Below, one piece after another: positions 58,049 to 64,000 of a DNA stretch of 64,000 bases (positions are counted from its first letter, which is position 1; each line of letters starts with the position of its first letter). The stretch spans positions 302,486 to 366,485 of the forward strand of contig CAWFJE010000010.1 of the NCBI GenBank assembly GCA_963816155.1, written 5' to 3'. Source of the DNA: an uncultured Actinomycetes bacterium. GTDB lineage: Bacteria; Actinomycetota; Thermoleophilia; RBG-16-64-13. Position numbers and translations under genes: made by a program. The notes under the pieces were generated by a model. It saw only the letters and a list, made by a program, of their open reading frames with translations, was not told where the DNA came from and searched no databases.

Positions 58049-59256
58049 GACCGCGCCCCGCACGCGTCCGCGAGGAACCGCTGCATGAGTAGGTGGCCCG
58101 GCGCCACGGCGAAGCCCGTGGCCCGGGCCTCCGCCTCAGTGAAGGCCACTGCTCCGTTCGCGGCCACGCCCGCGCCCCACATGAGAAACGGCACCGGCTC
58201 GGCCACGTGGGTCTTGAGGGCCACCGGGGTGGGGTGATCCGGCATCACCAGCAGACGGAGGTCCTCCCCGTCACCTCGGCGCGCCACGACCTGACTCACC
58301 ATGAGCGCGTCGATGCTCTCCAAAGCGAACACTTTGCCGGCAGCGTCTCCCGCGTGCGCTTCCTCGTCCGGCGCCTCCACGTGCACGAACACCACGTCGT
58401 AGTCCTGCAGGGCGGAGAGTGCCGCGGCCATCTGCCCCTCGTAGTCGTTGTCGACTCCGTCGGTCACCCCGGGGATGGTGAGGACGTCGACGCCCGTCTG
58501 GATGGCCAGTCCCCGCAAGAGGTCGACCCCTGAGGTCAACACAGCCGAACGATCGTAGAGAGAGGAGAAGGTGGGCATGGCCCCCGGACGCATCCCCGGC
58601 CAGAAGAGCCATATCTGCGTAGCCGGAGGGAGTCCACGAGCTACCCGCGCCCGGTTGACGGGGTGCTTACCGAGTATCCCCTTCGACCTCTCCATGAGCG
58701 CCGACGCCAACGCCGCCCCCTGTCCCTTCGGACACGCGCCGGCTATAGGACGATCGGCGGTGTCGTGCGGCGCGGTGAAGCTGCCTGTCAGAAGCTCGGC
58801 ACCACTCTTCACGGTCACGATCTGACGGAAGCCCACGCCGGGGTGGAAACACACCCGGTCGTCACCCAACTCTTCCTGCAGGGCCGCCACGAGCGGGGCG
58901 GCCTCAGCGGAGGTGATATTGCCCGCCGAGTAGCTGACCATGACACCGTCGGTCACGGTCACCAGGTTGCAGCGCATGGCCACCTCTTGCGGCTCGAGCT
59001 CGATGCCCATGGCCATGGCCTCGATGGGACCGCGGCCGGCATAGTAGAGAGCGGGATCGAAACCCAGGAGACTCATGCAGGCCACGGCGCTCGACGGCTC
59101 CATCCCGGAGGGCACGGTGTGGGCCAGTCCCAAGGTGCCCTCAGCGGAGAGACGGTCGAGATGGGGCAGGCCGGCGGTCTCCAGGGAGGTCCGGCCGCCG
59201 AAGGCGTCCACCGGCCATCCAGAGGCACCGTCCATGATGAGGACCACGTATTTCAA
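58045..59256 (-). CDS. apgM: cofactor-independent phosphoglycerate mutase, archaeal type (ApgM family)
   Basis: TTG start ([14 protein letters not shown]...) with a GAAGGGA ribosome-binding site. ...[14 protein letters not shown]... and ...[10 protein letters not shown]... are ApgM/alkaline-phosphatase-superfamily motifs. Confidence 0.75.
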   Translation of the reverse strand: MKYVVLIMDGASGWPVDAFGGRTSLETAGLPHLDRLSAEGTLGLAHTVPSGMEPSSAVACMSLLGFDPALYYAGRGPIEAMAMGIELEPQEVAMRCNLVTVTDGVMVSYSAGNITSAEAAPLVAALQEELGDDRVCFHPGVGFRQIVTVKSGAELLTGSFTAPHDTADRPIAGACPKGQGAALASALMERSKGILGKHPVNRARVARGLPPATQIWLFWPGMRPGAMPTFSSLYDRSAVLTSGVDLLRGLAIQTGVDVLTIPGVTDGVDNDYEGQMAAALSALQDYDVVFVHVEAPDEEAHAGDAAGKVFALESIDALMVSQVVARRGDGEDLRLLVMPDHPTPVALKTHVAEPVPFLMWGAGVAANGAVAFTEAEARATGFAVAPGHLLMQRFLADACGARS

Positions 59257-59353
59257 TGCTCGTCCCTTCGCACCCGCCCTGATACGCCCCCCATTATAGG
59301 GGCATGAGTAGGAGGTGTGCGCTATCGTGAGGCGAGAAGAAGGAGGCCACATC

Positions 59354-59845
59354 ATGACCGACGAGACACGCGAGCCGTCCTCGCAGCAACGCACCGACGC
59401 GATAGGAGTGCTCCATGCTGCCCCCTTCGCCTGCCTGTCGCTCACCGATGGAGGCCCCTACGTGATCCCTATCTGCTTCGCGTACGAAGCCCTCCAGGGC
59501 GGAGAGGGATGGGGCCGCATCCTCTTGCACACCGGCGAAGGCCGCAAGAGCCGGGCACTGGCGCTCGATCCCCGCGTCTGTCTAGCCGTGGTTGCGGACG
59601 CGGCCTTCGATCGCGGTCCGGAGCCCTGCCGGGACACATTCGCCTTCCGCTCCGTCATCATCGAAGGTGCCGCCACGCGGCTCGAAGACCACGAGGAGCG
59701 AGAGAAGGCCCTACGCCTCATCGTGGCCAAGTATGATCCGGAAGCCAAGGAGCGACCTTTCGCAGAGAAGGACTTCCGAGCCACGCTGCTCTACGCGGTC
59801 ACCATCGCTTCCCTCAGCTACACGGAACGCCGCGCCCGATCTTGA
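59354..59845 (+). CDS. pyridoxamine 5-prime-phosphate oxidase-like (PNPOx-fold) flavin-binding protein
   Basis: 164 aa. ...HAAPFACLSLTDGGPYVIPICFAYE... fits the split-barrel PNPOx family pattern. Confidence 0.55.
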   Translation: MTDETREPSSQQRTDAIGVLHAAPFACLSLTDGGPYVIPICFAYEALQGGEGWGRILLHTGEGRKSRALALDPRVCLAVVADAAFDRGPEPCRDTFAFRSVIIEGAATRLEDHEEREKALRLIVAKYDPEAKERPFAEKDFRATLLYAVTIASLSYTERRARS

Positions 59846-59896
59846 CGGCCTCCTGCCAGGCTGCTGAAGAGCGAAGCCCTGCCCGCCTGGCCGCAC

Positions 59897-61099
59897 CTAG
59901 CGCTTGAGGTACTTGGCCCCCACTTCTTGCAGCACGGGCAGCGCACCTTCCACGATCCGCCTCTCCACGCAGTAGGCGATGCGGAAGAAGCCCGGGAAGC
60001 CGAACCCTGTTCCGGGCGTCACCAGCACGAGCCGTTCGAGCAACTCCGCACAGAAGTCCATGTCGTCTTCCAGCGGCGACTTGGGGAACATGTAGAACGT
60101 GCCCTCGGGCTTGTGGATCTGGTAGCCCACCTCGGTCATGCCCTCGTAGAGCCGGTCCCGGTTGTCCTGGTAGAGGGTCACGTCCACCTCCACGCCCTGT
60201 AGGCGGGCGATCACGCGCTGCATCAACGCGGGGGCGTTGATGAAACCCAGCACCCGGTTGGCGAGGATCAGTGCGGCGACAAGCTGGTCGATCCCTTCGA
60301 TCCGTGGGTTGGCGGCCACGTAGCCGATGCGTTCACCGGCCAGGGAGAGTTCCTTGGAGTAACTCGTGGCGATGAGCGTGTTCTCGTACGCCGCCAGCAC
60401 GGGCGGCACCCGGTTGCCGTCGAACACGATCCTCCGATAGGGCTCGTCGGAGATGAGATAGATGATGCGCCCCATCTCCTCCGACTTTCGCCGGAGCAGA
60501 TCGCCGAGAGCGGCCAGCGTGGAGGCCGGATAGATGCGCCCGGTGGGATTGTTGGGAGAGTTGATGAGCACCGCTCGAGTCGCCGGTCGTATGGCCTGCT
60601 CGATGGCTTCAAGGTCGAGATCGAAGTCCTCAGCGCAGTCCACAGCCACCAGCACGCCGAAGTGATTGCTGAGGTAGTTGCCGTACTCCACGAAGTAGGG
60701 CTTGGCGATGATAACCTCGTCGCCCGGATCGAGTATGGTGCGGAAGATGACGTTGAGCGCGCCGCCGGCCCCCACGGTCATGATCACGTGGTCACAACCG
60801 ATGGGGATGCCCTGGTCCTTGCTGAGGTACCCGGCCACGGCCTCCCGGGCCTCGGTGTAGCCGGCGTTCTGCATGTAGCCGTGCCTGCCCGGCGTCAGCT
60901 CGCAGGCGACTTCCTTGAGCACCCGCTGGAACTCCTCGGGCGGCTCCACGTTGGGATTGCCGATACTGAGGTCGAAGATCTTGTCACGGCCGTGGATGGC
61001 TGCCAGACGCATACCCTCCTCGAACATCTTCCTGATCCAGGAGGCGGTCCCCGTCAGCTCGATCATCCTCTTGGACACCGTCATGTTCTCGGCCGGCAT
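59897..61099 (-). CDS. class I/II pyridoxal-phosphate-dependent aminotransferase (aspartate/aromatic type)
   Basis: ...INSPNNPTGRIY... and ...ATSYSKELSLAGERIGY... include the Lys-containing SxSK motif. Start at ATG 61099 (GGAGGT lies 6 nt upstream). Confidence 0.85.
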   Translation of the reverse strand: MPAENMTVSKRMIELTGTASWIRKMFEEGMRLAAIHGRDKIFDLSIGNPNVEPPEEFQRVLKEVACELTPGRHGYMQNAGYTEAREAVAGYLSKDQGIPIGCDHVIMTVGAGGALNVIFRTILDPGDEVIIAKPYFVEYGNYLSNHFGVLVAVDCAEDFDLDLEAIEQAIRPATRAVLINSPNNPTGRIYPASTLAALGDLLRRKSEEMGRIIYLISDEPYRRIVFDGNRVPPVLAAYENTLIATSYSKELSLAGERIGYVAANPRIEGIDQLVAALILANRVLGFINAPALMQRVIARLQGVEVDVTLYQDNRDRLYEGMTEVGYQIHKPEGTFYMFPKSPLEDDMDFCAELLERLVLVTPGTGFGFPGFFRIAYCVERRIVEGALPVLQEVGAKYLKR

Positions 61100-61282
61100 G
61101 TATCTACCTCCGCTCAAGGGTGAGGAACGACCACGATCCGGAATCCCCTCCGGCACGCACGCAGTATCACCGGGAGCGACGGGCGCGCAACGTGGCCGCA
61201 GAAGTCTAGCACGGCGCGTAACGCGCCCCCCGGGTTCGCGAGGGCGAGCAACGTCCCGCCGCCGCGCCCGGGCGGGCGGCTT

Positions 61283-62083
61283 TCAGTTGTGGTTCATCCC
61301 TCCGTCCACCAGAAGGGTCTGACCGGTCATGAAGTCGCTGTCCGGCGAGGCCAGGAAGTACGCGGGACCGGCAAGGTCGTCCGCCTCCTCGTTACGCTGG
61401 TCCAGGCACTGGGCCCGACGCATCTCGTCCCAGACTCCGGCCATCTCCACCTGGTCGACGTTGACGGCCGTGCGCGTGAGGCCGGGAGCGATGGCGTTCA
61501 CGCGGATGCCCTCGTGCCCCAATTCCCGTGCCAGGGCGCGGGTGAAGCCGATCACCCCTCCCTTGCTCGACACGTAGTGGATGAGGCCCGGCACCCCCTC
61601 CCACACAGTGGAGGAGGTGATGTTGATGATCTTGCCGTAGCCGGCGCCCCGCATGTAGGGATAGACGGCCCGTGCGCAGAACCACATACCGCGCAGATTG
61701 ACGTCCAGCATGTAGTCCCATTCCTCCACCGGCCATTGGTCGAAAGCCTGGCGGGTCTGCTCCGCCAACCTGCCTCGCAGAGCGGCCGCGTTGTTCACCA
61801 GGATGTCGATACGCCCCCCCGACCGCTCACCCAACTGCCGGGCGGCCGCCTCGCACTGTGCGAGATCGGTGACGTCGCACGTCAAGGGGAGGGCTTCCCC
61901 ACCCTGAGTCGCTATCTCGTCCGCCACCCAACGGGCGCTGGGGCCGTCGATGTCGAGCACGCCCACGAGCGCGCCCTCCCGGGCAAGACGCAGGGCGATA
62001 GACCGCCCGATACTGTTGGTCCCGCCCCCGCCCGTCACCAGCGCGACAGTACCCTGTAGACGCCCCTCCGATGCCAGACTCAT
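61283..62083 (-). CDS. short-chain dehydrogenase/reductase (SDR) family oxidoreductase
   Basis: TGGGGTNSIGRSIA glycine motif, NNAA, and the Y-x3-K catalytic motif (YVSSKGGV). Confidence 0.85.
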   Translation of the reverse strand: MSLASEGRLQGTVALVTGGGGTNSIGRSIALRLAREGALVGVLDIDGPSARWVADEIATQGGEALPLTCDVTDLAQCEAAARQLGERSGGRIDILVNNAAALRGRLAEQTRQAFDQWPVEEWDYMLDVNLRGMWFCARAVYPYMRGAGYGKIINITSSTVWEGVPGLIHYVSSKGGVIGFTRALARELGHEGIRVNAIAPGLTRTAVNVDQVEMAGVWDEMRRAQCLDQRNEEADDLAGPAYFLASPDSDFMTGQTLLVDGGMNHN

Positions 62084-62120
62084 AGCTGCTCCTTACACGT
62101 TCGTCAGCGCCGGTATCACG

Positions 62121-62813
62121 TCAGTGCCGGTAGCGACACGTATCGCCCTTGACGCAGTAGTCACAGGGTGAACGCACTTCCTTGGACTCGTAGTCGGGAC
62201 CCGCGCCCACCAGCAGAGAGGCCGACTTCTGGGGCGAGAGCATGCCCGCCTCGGTCACCTCGACGCCGATGGCAGCCACGTCCAGAAGGCTGCAGAGAAG
62301 CTTCTGTTCCCCCACATCCCAGCCCGCCAACTGACCCGGGGCCAACTCCGCCCCCACGCCCCAACCCCGCGCCGCGGCCTGTTCCTCCACCAAGCGATGT
62401 GCACGCTGCATGAGGCCGCCCACCGCGTAGACACCCACCTCGCCCAGGATGAAGCTCTCGAAGGTCTCGCCCTCCGCGGCCAGTTCCCGGGCTCGTTCTT
62501 CCAAGACGGATCCGATGGTGGCCACACACACGAAGGCCTCGCGGGCCGGGAGCATCAGGTCGGCGTGACCTCCGATCTGGAAGAGCACGCCGCCCACGCG
62601 CACCTCTCGCCTCCCCATCACTTCCACAGGCAGCCACTCGTACGCCAGCGCGGGCCGGACCAACCCCCGAGCCTCATCGAGAGCCCGGCCGGCCGCCTCT
62701 TGCGCCCGCGGGTGGCGTAGGGCCTCGCCCTGCGCCTCGAGAAAAGCGCCCAGTTCCATGGTCACTTCGACGCCGCCCAGCACAGCCATCAGAACGTTCC
62801 TCTCTGCCGACAT
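62121..62813 (-). CDS. standalone MetH activation-domain-like protein (Met_synt_B12-like) with C-terminal CxxC...C motif
   Basis: ...LAPGQLAGWDVGEQKLLCSLLDVAAIGVEVTEAGMLSPQKSASLLVG... follows the activation-domain consensus (SPGYGDW...EDQKKLF...IGV.LTESGLM.P.KSVSG). The C-terminus is SPCDYCVKGDTCRYRH. Confidence 0.5.
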   Translation of the reverse strand: MSAERNVLMAVLGGVEVTMELGAFLEAQGEALRHPRAQEAAGRALDEARGLVRPALAYEWLPVEVMGRREVRVGGVLFQIGGHADLMLPAREAFVCVATIGSVLEERARELAAEGETFESFILGEVGVYAVGGLMQRAHRLVEEQAAARGWGVGAELAPGQLAGWDVGEQKLLCSLLDVAAIGVEVTEAGMLSPQKSASLLVGAGPDYESKEVRSPCDYCVKGDTCRYRH

Positions 62814-62965
62814 GATCGTGCGCCAAGCCTATCACGACCACCATATCGCCCCGGCGAAGAACGGTCTCCAGTGGGACGCGACCCGGTGGGTGACTGCTAT
62901 ACTGCACTCATTCACAGAGTCATTCCCCGGAGAGCAGCATGCAACGGGGAAGGAGGCGCGCAACA

Positions 62966-63603
62966 TGGCTTTTCCTGACGATGTCTTCCCCACCGGCGAC
63001 CACTGCGAGATCTGTGGAGCCGAACTGGGGAACGAGGTGGTCATCCAGGAGTTCGCGGACGGCACTTTTGCTCGGCTGTGCCCGGAATGCCACACGGGAG
63101 CGACCTTTGGCAGGGGAGCGGACACAGCCGGCGACCCGTTTGCGGCCGCCGACCGGATGTCGGCGGCTCCGAGCCGTCTGGAGGCGGACATCAGCGAGGA
63201 ACGAGGTCCTCAAGACCCCATCGATGCCTTCGGTCCCCAGGATGCCTACGGTCCTGAGGATGCCTTCGGTTCCGAGGAAGCCTTCGATGTGCAGAGCCCC
63301 ACGCATTCCTCGGGCAGCATAGACAGCATGGACAACATGGATCCTATGGAGATGACCAAGGAGTTACTCATCCCCGTCGCCGACCTGATCGGCCTGCAGG
63401 GCGAGATGCAGATCGCTCTGGAGCGACTGGCCGGCTCGCTCGACCGCTTCGCCTCCCACGTGGTCACCGACTCCATCGACAAGACCACCAGCTTGGAGAA
63501 CCGTATCAAGTCCTTGGAGACCGAGCTCGAGCGGACCCGTGACCGTCTACGTGAGACTGAGTCTCTGCTGATCGTTACCGGCAGCACAGGCGCGATCGCG
63601 TAA
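62966..63603 (+). CDS. hypothetical zinc-ribbon protein with acidic tandem peptide repeats and a C-terminal coiled coil
   Basis: N-terminal CEICGAEL...CPECH zinc ribbon. Repeats DAFGPQDAYGPEDAFGSEEAFD encoded by four 18-nt tandem units (63226-63297). C-terminal heptad-like LENRIKSLETELERTRDRLRETESLL. Strong GGAAGGAGG ribosome-binding site. Confidence 0.6.
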
Positions 63604-63660
63604 ACCGCTCCGGCCGAAGCGGAAGCGATCGCCGTTGCCCCACTCCCGAGCACCGAGTCC

Positions 63661-64000
63661 GCTGTGAGCGAAGCTCCCCCGCCCGTCTTCACGCCCACGG
63701 CCCCCAGCGCACTGCCGGGAGCGGCGGACGACGGGAGGATGGATACCCCGGCAGCCGATGAGGGGATGGACACCATAGCCGACCCGGCGGCGTCTCCCGA
63801 CTCCCTGGAGAAGCTTTCGTCCACCTATGCGGACCTGCAGGCGCTGGCCACCGAGACCGAGGCCGACCTTACCCGGGAGGTCGACATGGCCGGCTACTGG
63901 ACCACGGTGGGCACACCTTCCGTGGAGACTGACCCGGCGCAGCCCGCCCCCCCACCCACTCCGGCAGTCTGCACCGAGGTCTTCGACCTCAGCGATGTGC
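63661..64000 (+). CDS. possible partial ORF of unknown function (acidic, Pro/Ala/Thr-rich), running off the window end
   Basis: Open frame in the same frame as the preceding gene after its TAA stop. Candidate starts are GTG 63661 and ATG 63739. No recognisable family. Confidence 0.2.

Overview
This is a 64-kb window of high-GC DNA (about 68% GC by eye) with dense chromosomal gene packing. Gene content is mostly Actinomycetota-like (MmpL, hisI next to trpE), mixed with anaerobe-flavoured genes. I found no rRNA or tRNA genes, CRISPR arrays, transposases or integrases, and no obvious defence system.

Layout from left to right:
- **1-8.9 kb, minus strand:** a complete, translationally coupled tryptophan operon, read in transcription order hisI-trpE-trpG-trpD-trpC-corA-trpF-trpB-trpA. 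A CorA-like transporter is embedded between trpC and trpF. trpD shows an apparent single-nucleotide frameshift. A short His/Trp-containing leader ORF sits upstream, with its stop codon directly against a perfect hairpin.
- **8.9-14.2 kb:** cinA; an L,D-transpeptidase carrying S-layer-homology (SLH) domains; a pair of lower-GC genes encoding a glutaredoxin-like protein and a ferredoxin:thioredoxin-reductase-like catalytic subunit; serA.
- **14.3-19.5 kb:** a BMP-family lipoprotein ABC transporter (binding protein, double ATPase, two permeases).
- **19.8-34.6 kb:** a large nitrogen-assimilation cluster. It holds gltB-gltD, glnA, a PII protein, a PucR-family regulator, two tandem amt genes with mosaic identity, and glnK.
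- **34.7-40.8 kb:** an ArsB/NhaD-type permease, then a 1041-aa HgdC-like double-ATPase 'activase' fusion and its DUF2229/HgdB-like partner. This pair is the best candidate here for an undescribed radical-enzyme system.
- **40.9-49.9 kb:** mmpL; a cytoplasmic pyrogallol-transhydroxylase-like molybdoenzyme (alpha and beta subunits); convergent xdhC and a hutI-like amidohydrolase.
- **50.0-58.0 kb:** a potassium cluster (trkA, trkH, a KimA-like transporter), a proton-pumping pyrophosphatase and a rubredoxin.
- **58.0-64.0 kb:** archaeal-type phosphoglycerate mutase, a PNPOx-like protein, an aminotransferase, an SDR oxidoreductase, a standalone MetH activation-domain protein, and a zinc-ribbon/coiled-coil protein.
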